This document shows positions 56,440-64,000 of a stretch of DNA of 64,000 nucleotides, in pieces. The notes below the pieces were generated by a model, which saw only the letters and a list, made by a program, of their open reading frames with translations, made no database searches and was not told the origin of the DNA. Origin of the DNA: an uncultured Chloroflexia bacterium (lineage in GTDB: Bacteria; Chloroflexota; Limnocylindria; QHBO01); the NCBI GenBank assembly GCA_963750025.1, contig CAVVPF010000002.1:20081-84080 (forward strand), written 5' to 3'. Position 1 is the first letter of the stretch; each line of letters begins with the position of its first letter. The translations under genes and the position numbers were made by a program.

Positions 56440-57782
56440 GCCCGCCCCTCGATCCCGTTGGCGACACCGGTGCTTGCCTGCCGTCGCTGGGCGGCGCGCG
56501 AGACCCGCACCACGGCGCTGAAGACGGTGGTCAGCTCCTCCGGCGTGAGGGGCCCGGCCTCGCCGCGCGCCGCGCGCTCGAGCAGCTCGCGTTCGCGCGC
56601 CACGTCGTGGCCGTGGCTGTCCAGCCCGCGAATCCGTTGGACTTGGAGCGCCAGGATGGCCCGTTCCTGGAGCAGGGCGGCCAGGCGTTCGTCCAGCCCA
56701 TCGATCTGCTCGCGCAGTGCCGTGAGATCGCGACTGCCCGAATTAGCAGGTGCCGGCTGGGCGGCCTCGGCATGGGTGCCATCGCGCACGAACTGGAGGC
56801 GACGCAGCTCGTCCATCAGATCGCCGAACTCGTCGAAGCTGAGTGACTGGTCGCCATCGGACTTCGCATTCGGCGGGTCCGGATGGACCTCGATCAGCAG
56901 CCCGTCCGCGCCGACGGCGGCGGCGCCCAGTGCCATCGGTCCAACCAGCGAGCGCTGCCCGGTGCCGTGCGAGGGATCGACCACGATCGGCAAGTGCGTC
57001 TGACCCCGGAGCACCGGCACCGCCGACAGGTCGAGGGTGTTGCGGGTGGCCGTCTCGAACGTGCGAATCCCGCGCTCGCAGAGGATCACGTTCGGGTTGC
57101 CGCTGGACAGGATGTACTCGGCGGCCAGCAGCCACTCGTCGATGGTCGCGCTCAGGCCGCGCTTGAGCAGGGCCGGCTTGCGGCTCTGGCCAACAGCCCG
57201 CAGCAGGACGAAGTTGTGCATGTTCCGGGCGCCGACCTGGAGGAGGTCGACGTGCTCGTCGAAGGCCTCCACCTGCGAGGCGTCGACCACCTCGCTGACG
57301 ACCGGCAGGCCGGTCTCGGCGCGCGCCTCGGACAGCAGCTGGAGGGCCGGCATGCCCAGGCCCTGGAAGGAGTACGGTGAGCTGCGCGGCTTGAAGGCCC
57401 CGCCGCGCAGGATGCGGGCGCCTTCGCGTCGCACCCAATGCGCGGTCTGGAGCAGCTGGTCTCTCGACTCGACGGCGCACGGCCCGGCCATGATCACCAG
57501 CCCTCCGCCGTTGCCGACGCTGACCTCACCTACGCGGACGCGCGTGCGCTCGTGGTGGTGCTCGACGCTGGCCAGCTTGTACGGCTGCGTGATGCGCACA
57601 ACCTGCTCGACCCCCTCGAGCGTTCCGAGGTGGGCGACCCGCTCGAGATCGGTCCCGACCACACCGATGACGGTCCGCTCCTCGCCCTCGCTCACGAATG
57701 CGTCCAGGCCGTGCTCCTCGACGGCGTGCTGAACCTGCGCGATCTGCTCGCGCGTTGCTCCTGGACGCATGACCACGATCAT
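56436..57782 (-). CDS. Type I-beta DAHP synthase with an N-terminal ACT/ferredoxin-like domain and a C-terminal chorismate mutase domain
   Basis: AGGAG-N9-ATG at 57782. The N-terminal approximately 75 aa are MIVVMRPGATREQI... The catalytic barrel has MAGPCAVES, KPRSSPYSFQG and DPSHG. The C-terminal LREQIDGLDERLAALLQERA... is AroQ-type CM-like. Confidence 0.8.
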   Translation of the reverse strand: MIVVMRPGATREQIAQVQHAVEEHGLDAFVSEGEERTVIGVVGTDLERVAHLGTLEGVEQVVRITQPYKLASVEHHHERTRVRVGEVSVGNGGGLVIMAGPCAVESRDQLLQTAHWVRREGARILRGGAFKPRSSPYSFQGLGMPALQLLSEARAETGLPVVSEVVDASQVEAFDEHVDLLQVGARNMHNFVLLRAVGQSRKPALLKRGLSATIDEWLLAAEYILSSGNPNVILCERGIRTFETATRNTLDLSAVPVLRGQTHLPIVVDPSHGTGQRSLVGPMALGAAAVGADGLLIEVHPDPPNAKSDGDQSLSFDEFGDLMDELRRLQFVRDGTHAEAAQPAPANSGSRDLTALREQIDGLDERLAALLQERAILALQVQRIRGLDSHGHDVARERELLERAARGEAGPLTPEELTTVFSAVVRVSRAAQRRQASTGVANGIEGRA

Positions 57783-57812
57783 TGCCGCAATCTCCTGGGG
57801 CCCCTGGCGGGG

Positions 57813-57837
57813 AAACAAAAAACGCAGGGGTCCTGCG
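57813..57837 (-). terminator. Intrinsic terminator of the aro leader (attenuator)
   Basis: Minus strand reads CGCAGG-ACC-CCTGCG followed by TTTTTTGTTT, about 30 nt before the DAHP synthase start. An upstream CGCAG copy offers an alternative pairing. Confidence 0.6.
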
Positions 57838-57901
57838 ACCTCTGCGTTCTGCGGGCACGAGTGCCTTCGCTGGCGAGTACTACTCGCCTGCCTCGTGCCC
57901 G

Positions 57902-57928
57902 CTACGCGTAAAACCAGTTCTGGAACAT
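57902..57928 (-). promoter_or_regulatory. Leader peptide ORF MFQNWFYA (aromatic-codon attenuator)
   Basis: ATG TTC CAG AAC TGG TTT TAC GCG TAG lies 12 nt after the -10 box. Four of its eight codons are Phe, Trp or Tyr. It is followed by a 9-bp hairpin (GGGCACGAG..CTCGTGCCC) and the terminator. Confidence 0.65.
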
Positions 57929-57940
57929 GGGTTGAGCGGC

Positions 57941-57969
57941 AGCCTAGCCCGTGCCTCGCACCGTGTCAA
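57941..57969 (-). promoter_or_regulatory. Canonical promoter of the aro operon
   Basis: Minus strand reads TTGACA (57969-64), a 17-nt spacer, then TAGGCT (57946-41). Confidence 0.6.
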
Positions 57970-58083
57970 TGCTGGAGACCCCGTTTCGGCTCGCCGGGGC
58001 GCGCCGGGCATGGCAGTCCCGGGCTGACGCGGCTGCCCCGGCGGCGATGCGACCGTCGACGACGGTGATCCCCTGCGTGCCTG

Positions 58084-58803
58084 TCAGCCATTCCGGAGCG
58101 CATCCGCAGCGGCAAAGACGCTCCGACCACCGTCGACGCGGACGACCGAGCCGGTGACGTAGGTGGCGTCTGGACCCAGCAGCCACCCAATCGCGCCGGC
58201 CACCTCCTCCGCGCTACCCATGCGGCCCAGTGGAACGTCCGCCCGCGCATCGGGCGGGAGGAGCGGCTCGTCGAAGGTCGTCTCGATCGGTCCGGGTGCA
58301 ACCACGTTCACGCGCACGCCATCTGGACCGCCGACCAGCGCCGCCGAGCGGGCGAGCCCTTCCAGACCGGCCTTGGCGGCGGCGTAGCCGGCCGAGCGCG
58401 GCGAGCCCTCGACGGTGCCAACGATTGAGCCGATGAGGACCACGGAGCCTCTGGCCGCGCGGAGCGCTGGCCAGGCGAGGCGCACGGCGGTGAACGGAGC
58501 GGAGAGGTCGACCCGGATGGCCTCCTCCCATCGGGCCGGGTCATCCCACGGGCCGCGTGGGGGGACGCCGGCCGCGCAAATCAGGCCATCGAGCCGGCCG
58601 CCGGCCGCCTCGACGGCGCGCGTCAGCAGCGACGGGTCGCCGGCGTCGCCGATGAGAAGCTCACCTCTCGGCAGCGAAGCATCGACCAGGTCGATCCCGA
58701 TGACCCGCCAGCCATCGGCCATCAGTCGTTCGGAGATCGCCCGACCGATGCCGGAGGCGGCGCCGGTGACGATCGCCGTGCGTTGGGCTTGCTCGGTCGC
58801 CAT
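58084..58803 (-). CDS. Short-chain dehydrogenase/reductase (SDR) family oxidoreductase
   Basis: TGAASGIGRA cofactor motif and YAAAKAG catalytic motif. Confidence 0.85.
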   Translation of the reverse strand: MATEQAQRTAIVTGAASGIGRAISERLMADGWRVIGIDLVDASLPRGELLIGDAGDPSLLTRAVEAAGGRLDGLICAAGVPPRGPWDDPARWEEAIRVDLSAPFTAVRLAWPALRAARGSVVLIGSIVGTVEGSPRSAGYAAAKAGLEGLARSAALVGGPDGVRVNVVAPGPIETTFDEPLLPPDARADVPLGRMGSAEEVAGAIGWLLGPDATYVTGSVVRVDGGRSVFAAADALRNG

Positions 58804-58823
58804 CGGTCAAGGATGGCACATGG

Positions 58824-59729
58824 TCAGGGCCGCGCCGCATCAGGCGAGGGGAAGGAGCCGAGCAAGCGGACCGCGTGCGCGCGCTGACCCAGGTCCGCCA
58901 GGGCGGCACGCGCGGGCTCAGTCGCGGCGTCGCCGTCGAGCTGGACGAGGAAGCGGTACTCCCAGGAGGCGCGCCGTGTCGGACGCGACTCGATCCGGGT
59001 GAGGTTGACGCCGGCATCGGCGAAGGCGCCCAGGGCTGCATGGAGGGCGCCGGGGCGGTGCTGGGTCTCGAAGAGCACGAGCGTCGAGCGCGGGGCATTG
59101 GCGGGCGGGGCGAGCGGACCGTCGGCCGGAGGCGCGCTCGAACCGGGACGAACCACGATCGCGAAGCGCGTGAGGTTGTCCGCGGCAGCAAGGTCATCGG
59201 CCAGGATGGCCAGGCCGTAGCGCTCGGCGGCGCGCGCGGAGGCGATGACTGCCAGCGTCAGGTCATCGGCCTCGGAGAGGGCGCGGGCCGCCCCCGCCGT
59301 GTCCTCGGCAGGGACGAGCTGCCAGCCGTGGCTGGCCAGATACGCCTCGCACTGCGCCAGCGCCTGGGGATGGCTGGCCACCCGGCGGATTCCGGCCAGG
59401 TCCGCGCCGGCCCGGCCCAGCAGCCGGTGACGCACTGGCAGGAGCAGCTCGCCAATGACGATGAGCTCTGACTCGCCCAGCGCGTCCAGCGCCTCACCCA
59501 CGCTGCCGGCGAGCGAGTTCTCGGTCGGAATGACCGCGGCGGCGAGCGCACCCGCCTCGACTGCAGCGCAGACGGCGCGGAAGGTCGGCATCGGGTGCGG
59601 CTCGACGGCTGGCCCGAAGTAGCCGACCACCGCCTCCTCGCTGTAGGCGCCGATCTCGCCCTGGAAGCCGATTGGTGGCGCATGGCTGATGATCTGCTGC
59701 CTCCGCTCCGCTGCGACCTCGTTGCCCAT
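58824..59729 (-). CDS. pheA: Prephenate dehydratase
   Basis: FQGEIGAYSE, PTENSLAGSV, TRF and ESRP in a C-terminal ACT domain. Confidence 0.85.
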   Translation of the reverse strand: MGNEVAAERRQQIISHAPPIGFQGEIGAYSEEAVVGYFGPAVEPHPMPTFRAVCAAVEAGALAAAVIPTENSLAGSVGEALDALGESELIVIGELLLPVRHRLLGRAGADLAGIRRVASHPQALAQCEAYLASHGWQLVPAEDTAGAARALSEADDLTLAVIASARAAERYGLAILADDLAAADNLTRFAIVVRPGSSAPPADGPLAPPANAPRSTLVLFETQHRPGALHAALGAFADAGVNLTRIESRPTRRASWEYRFLVQLDGDAATEPARAALADLGQRAHAVRLLGSFPSPDAARP

Positions 59730-59754
59730 CCGTCAGACTCGCCCGGTGCAACTC

Positions 59755-60385
59755 TCAGGCGTCGGCGCGCGCCAGCGTCGAGATCGAGCTGGGATGCGAG
59801 GCCTCCCAAGCTGAGATCTCCTCCCCGAGCGAGAGGAGGTATCCGAGCTCATCGGCTCCAGATAGCAGCAGCGTGCGCGAAAAGGGATCCAGCGGAAACG
59901 GGAGCTTCGCGCCATCCGGCAGGCCAAGTCGCTGCCCATCCAGGTCGACCGTCAACGCGGCGGAGGGATCGGCCGCCAGCACCGCGGCCACCTGCTGGAG
60001 CCCTTCAACTCCCAGCTCCACCGGCAACAGCCCGTTCTTCAGGGCGTTGCCGCGGAAGATGTCCGCGAACGACGAGGCGACCACCGCCCGGAAGCCGCCG
60101 GCCACCAACGCCCAGGCGGCGTGCTCGCGCGACGACCCGGAGCCGAAGTTCGCTCCTGCCACCATGATCTGCCGCCCGGCCATGTCGGGGTCGTTCAGCA
60201 CGAACTCGGGCCGCTCGGCGCCGGCGTCGTCGAATCGCCAGTCCGCAAAGAGGCCGACGGCCAACCCATCACGCGAGACCGTCTTCAGGAAGCGCGCCGG
60301 GAATGATCTGGTCGGTGTCGACGTCGTCGCGCAACAGGAGCACCGCCGCCGCCGAGAAGACCTCGAACGGCGTCCGCCCGGTCAT
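59755..60385 (-). CDS. leuD: 3-isopropylmalate dehydratase small subunit, frameshift near 60298 as sequenced
   Basis: MTGRTPF...[10 protein letters not shown] is in ORF 60269-60598. [22 protein letters not shown]...[13 protein letters not shown] is in ORF 59755-60264. An extra G in CCCGGCGCGC explains the shift. The ATG at 60385 overlaps the leuC stop. Confidence 0.8.
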
Positions 60386-61818
60386 GCGGGAGCCTCGACT
60401 GGGTGGAGCAACCGCGCATCCGCCACGCGGCCGGCGATCGCGGAGGCGGCGGCAGTCGCCGGAGAGGCCAGAAAGGTCCGGCCACCCGGGCCCTGCCGCC
60501 CCTCGAAGTTGCGGTTCGAGGTGCTGACCGCGTACTGCCCGGGATCGAGCTGATCGCCGTTCATGGCCAGGCACATCGAGCAGCCCGCCTCGCGCCACTC
60601 GGCGCCGGCGGCGCGGAAGACCTCGTCCAGCCCCTCGGCCTCGGCTTGGCGCTTCACCTCGCCCGAGCCTGGCACGACCAGCACCCGCATCCCCTCCTGC
60701 ACCCGGCGTCCACGCAGCAGGCGCGCAGCCTCGCGGAGATCAGAGAGTCGCGAGTTCGTGCACGAACCGATGAAGACCACGTCGATCGGGTGCCCCAGGA
60801 TCGGCTCGCCGGGCCGCAGGTCCATGTACGCCAACGCCCGCGACAGGCTGGCGCGCCGGGAGGCGTCGCCGATCGTCGCCGGGTCGGGCACCCGGCCGCT
60901 GACCGGGAATCCCATGCCGGGGTTGGTGCCGTAGGTGATCATCGGCTCAAGCTCAGAGGCGTCCAGGCTCACGGACGTGTCGTAGGTGGCGCCGGCTTCG
61001 GTGGGCAGCCTGCGCCATCGGTCCAACGCCGCATCCCAGGTTGCGCCGGTCGGCGCATGCGGCCGCCCGGCGAGGTACTCGAAGGTCGTCTCGTCCGGGC
61101 CGATCAGGCCCGCCCGCGCGCCGCCCTCGATGCTCATGTTGCAGACCGTCATCCGCTGCTCCATGGCCAGGCCGCGGATCGCCGAGCCGGTGTACTCGAA
61201 GACGTGCCCGACGCCCGCGCTGACCCCGATCTTCGACAGCAGCGCCAGGATCAGGTCCTTGGCGCTGACGCCCGGGGCGAGGGTCCCCTCCACCCGCACC
61301 TCGAAGGTCTTGGGCCGATGCTGGAGCAGGCACTGGGTCGCCAGCACGTGCTCGACCTCGCTGGTGCCGATGCCGAATGCCAGTGCCCCAAACGCGCCGT
61401 GGGTGGCGGTATGGCTGTCGCCGCAGACGATCGTCATCCCCGGCTGGGTCAATCCCAGCTCAGGACCGATGACGTGGACGATGCCTTGGTGCGGGCTTCC
61501 CATGCCGTGCAGCGGGATGCCGAACTCGGTGCAGTTCTCCTCGATGCGCCGGATCTGGATGGCGGCCTGCTGGTCGAGGATCGGGAGGGTGCGGTCCGTG
61601 GTGGGGATCGAGTGGTCGACGGTGGCCAGGGTCAGGTCGGGGCGCCGAACGCGAAGACCCCGCGCCCGCAGGCCGTCGAACGCCTGCGGCGAGGTGACCT
61701 CGTGGATGAGGTGCAGGTCGACCGCCAGCGCGCTCGGCATGCCGAGCGCGACGTGCACCTCGTGCGCGTCCCAGATCTTGTCGACGATGGTTCGTGGTCG
61801 GACCGACGGGCTGGTCAT
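60382..61818 (-). CDS. leuC: 3-isopropylmalate dehydratase large subunit
   Basis: [16 protein letters not shown] and GSCTNSR aconitase-family motifs. The start appears leaderless at ATG 61818. Confidence 0.9.
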   Translation of the reverse strand: MTSPSVRPRTIVDKIWDAHEVHVALGMPSALAVDLHLIHEVTSPQAFDGLRARGLRVRRPDLTLATVDHSIPTTDRTLPILDQQAAIQIRRIEENCTEFGIPLHGMGSPHQGIVHVIGPELGLTQPGMTIVCGDSHTATHGAFGALAFGIGTSEVEHVLATQCLLQHRPKTFEVRVEGTLAPGVSAKDLILALLSKIGVSAGVGHVFEYTGSAIRGLAMEQRMTVCNMSIEGGARAGLIGPDETTFEYLAGRPHAPTGATWDAALDRWRRLPTEAGATYDTSVSLDASELEPMITYGTNPGMGFPVSGRVPDPATIGDASRRASLSRALAYMDLRPGEPILGHPIDVVFIGSCTNSRLSDLREAARLLRGRRVQEGMRVLVVPGSGEVKRQAEAEGLDEVFRAAGAEWREAGCSMCLAMNGDQLDPGQYAVSTSNRNFEGRQGPGGRTFLASPATAAASAIAGRVADARLLHPVEAPA

Positions 61819-61826
61819 GGGCTGGC

Positions 61827-61845
61827 ACCCTAACCCATGCGTCAA
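61827..61845 (-). promoter_or_regulatory. leuC promoter motif TTGACG-N7-TAGGGT, 8 nt before the ATG
   Basis: Minus strand reads TTGACG (61845-40), catgggt, TAGGGT (61832-27), gccagccc, then ATG at 61818. Confidence 0.45.
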
Positions 61846-61939
61846 GGGCGCGCCGTCGGACGCACGAATGAACCGTGCCGTGGGCTCAGTCGCTGTTCGT
61901 CCCTGCGCGCTGGACATCCCGCGTAGACTCGCGGGCACC

Positions 61940-63626
61940 GTGAGCGAGACCTCGTCGCACGACCCCCGCGAGCACAGCCGCGTCCTCCTCGACGGTCCGG
62001 ACCGGGCGCCGTCGCGCGCGATGCTCAAGGCCATCGGCTTCACGGACGAGGATCTCTCGCGCCCGCTCATCGGCGTCGCCACGAGCTGGATCGAGACCAT
62101 GCCGTGCAACTACAACCAGCGCCGCCTGGCCGAGTTCGTCAAGCAGGGCATCCGCGCGGCCGGCGGCACGCCGATGGAGTTCAACACCATCTCCGTCAGC
62201 GATGGCGTGAGCATGGGCGTCGAGGGCATGAAGGCCTCGCTGGTCAGCCGCGAGGTGATCGCCGATTCGATCGAGCTCGTCGCCTTTGGCCACCACTTCG
62301 ACGGGCTCGTGTGTCTCGTCGGCTGCGACAAGACGATCCCGGCCGCGGTCATGGCGTTGGCGCGGCTGGATCGGCCGGGGCTGGTCCTCTACAACGGCAC
62401 GATCTACCCCGGCGTCTACCGCGGCAAGCGGAACCTGACCGTCGTGAACGTCTTCGAGGCGGTTGGCGCCTATCGGGCCGGGAAGATCAGTCTGGACGAG
62501 CTGCGCGAGATCGAGAACGCCGCCTGCCCAGGCGCGGGCGCCTGCGGCGGGCAGTTTACCGCCAACACCATGAGCACCGCCCTCGAGTTCCTGGGCATCT
62601 CGCCGGGCGGGCTGAACGCCATCCCGGCGGAGGATCCGGCCAAGGACGACGCTGCGCGTCTGGCGGGTGAGCTTGCTATGCGACTGGTGACCGATGGAAC
62701 CCGCCCATCGGCGATCATCGACCGGCGCGCGATCGAGAACGCGATTGCCTCGGTGGCGGCCACCGGCGGCTCGACGAACGCGGTGCTGCACCTGCTGGCC
62801 ATCGCGCACGAGTTCGGGATCCCGCTCGAGCTCGACGACTTCGAGCGGATCGCCGAACGGACGCCGATCGTCGCCGACCTCTCCCCTGGCGGCCGTTACA
62901 ACGCGCTCGACATCTACGAGGCGGGAGGCATCGGTCTTGTCGCTCGTGAGCTGCTACGCGGGGGCCTCGTCCATGGCGACACGCCGAATGTCGACGGCCG
63001 GACGCTGGCGGCGGTCGCCGCGGCTGCCGTGGAGAAGCCGGGTCAGGATGTGGTGCTGCCGCTCGATCGGCCGCTGAAGCCCACCGGTGGGCTGGCAATC
63101 CTGCGCGGCTCGTTGGCGCCCGATGGCTGCGTCGTGAAGCTGGCCGGCCACGAGCGCCGATTCCATCGTGGCCCGGCGCGCGTCTTCGACTCGGAGGCGG
63201 CCTGCTTCGAGGCGGTGCGCGCTCAGCAGATCGTCGCCGGCGACGTTGTCGTCATCCGCTATGAGGGCCCGGTCGGCGGTCCCGGCATGCAGGAGATGCT
63301 CTCGGTCACCGCCGCGCTGGTCGGGGAGGGTTTGGGGTCGGAGGTGGCCCTGCTCACTGACGGCCGCTTCTCCGGCGGCACGCATGGGCTGATGATCGGG
63401 CACGTCGCGCCGGAGGCGGCGCTGGGTGGACCGATCGCCGTGGTCGCAGGAGGGCGACTCGATCGTGATCGACGTCGACGCCCGCCGCCTCGACCTGGAC
63501 GTCCCGGCCGACGAGGTCGCGCGGCGGCTCTCCTCCTGGAGCGAGCCAGCGCCTCGCTACGCGAGCGGGGTCATGTCCAAATATGCACGACTGGTGTCAT
63601 CGGCCTCCAAGGGCGCCGTCACCTGA
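61940..63626 (+). CDS. ilvD: Dihydroxy-acid dehydratase, frameshift near 63446 as sequenced
   Basis: GTG at 61940. [16 protein letters not shown] and TDGRFSGGT motifs. The last about 60 residues ([16 protein letters not shown]...SKGAVT stop 63626) are in ORF 63426-63626. One extra G in GTCGCAGGAG causes the shift. Confidence 0.85.
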
Positions 63627-63736
63627 GGCGGCGATATGAAGCGCAAGTTTCACGGGGTGGTCCTAACGACGAACCTTGGCGGGGATTGGGCCGACAGTCG
63701 TGGCTGCCATGCCGCGGATAGTCCTGTGGCAGGGGG

Positions 63737-63755
63737 TTGACACGGCTGGTACGGT
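63737..63755 (+). promoter_or_regulatory. Promoter motif GGTTGACACGGCTGGTACGGT
   Basis: TTGACA (63737-42), a 7-nt spacer, TACGGT (63750-55), 10 nt, then ATG at 63766. This is the same architecture as leaders A and B. Confidence 0.4.
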
Positions 63756-63765
63756 CCCGAAACAC

Positions 63766-63897
63766 ATGAACCGATCGGTTCGTCACGACCCGGCGCAGCG
63801 GCTCGCCCTCGGTGAGTCGCTCGTCGTGCTCGTAATCGGCATTCTCAGCCTCGTCCTCCTAATTGGATGGCGGGATCGCGGGAGTGCCCCCGGCTAG
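63766..63897 (+). CDS. Small predicted membrane protein (43 aa)
   Basis: MNRSVRHDPAQRLALGESLVVLVIGILSLVLLIGWRDRGSAPG has one hydrophobic helix. The call rests on the promoter motif just upstream. Confidence 0.35.
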   Translation: MNRSVRHDPAQRLALGESLVVLVIGILSLVLLIGWRDRGSAPG

Positions 63898-64000
63898 AGC
63901 CGACACAGCACAGCAAACCCACGAATCCCGCCGAAGGACCGGCGGGATTCTTGGTTGTACGGAGGATTCGATGAGCGCACTCAGGCTTCCCGATCCGGCG

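Overview
High-GC (roughly 70% by eye) bacterial chromosomal window. Promoters with a -10 TANNNT placed 7-12 nt before the start codon, and a T-box leader, suggest an Actinomycetota- or Chloroflexota-like organism. This assignment cannot be confirmed without a database search.

Layout:
(1) 1-4035: a heavily frameshifted Pat-like acyl-CoA synthetase/GNAT gene and a thiolase that is cut off at about 4035.
(2) 4036-9230, accessory patch. A minus-strand ubiquitin-like conjugation cassette (beta-grasp Ubl, UBC-like E2, small ORF, JAB/JAMM peptidase, ThiF-type E1) sits next to a truncated STAND-type P-loop ATPase. It is followed by about 840 bp of hairpin-rich non-coding DNA, a 5' half of a tRNA-Arg gene and a Kelch-repeat gene fragment. 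This cassette is the best candidate for the interesting system.
(3) 9239-15953: HutC/GntR regulator, GlpA/GlpB-like fusion dehydrogenase, CoxG-like protein, glycerol kinase and an APC permease.
(4) 16028-19320, second accessory patch: metallophosphoesterase plus nucleotidyltransferase-like pair, IS256-type transposase remnant, replication-relaxation protein and iteron-like repeats.
(5) 19422-22894: protein-thiocarboxylate cysteine pathway (DUF4395-thioredoxin, rhodanese-MoeB, CysO-like carrier, CysM, truncated Mec/JAMM) behind a Cys-codon leaderless uORF.
(6) 22830-26838, third accessory patch, visibly lower GC: isochorismatase-family hydrolase, AbiEi/AbiEii pair and a PD-(D/E)XK nuclease remnant.
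(7) 26839-61818: one about 35-kb same-strand amino-acid biosynthesis supercluster in transcription order leuCD, pheA, SDR, aro operon, trpE, yerC-like, his operon, thrC-like with a sulfur carrier, dapBAD-lysA, arg operon. It is punctuated by a ribosomal attenuator (leader peptide MFQNWFYA), a Trp T-box and two paralogous uORF leaders.
(8) 61940-63897: ilvD and a small membrane-protein ORF.

Many genes carry single-base frameshifts in G/C runs. This looks more like indel sequencing error than decay, so fusion and pseudogene calls carry that caveat. No rRNA, CRISPR array, intact tRNA, intact integrase or intact transposase was found.
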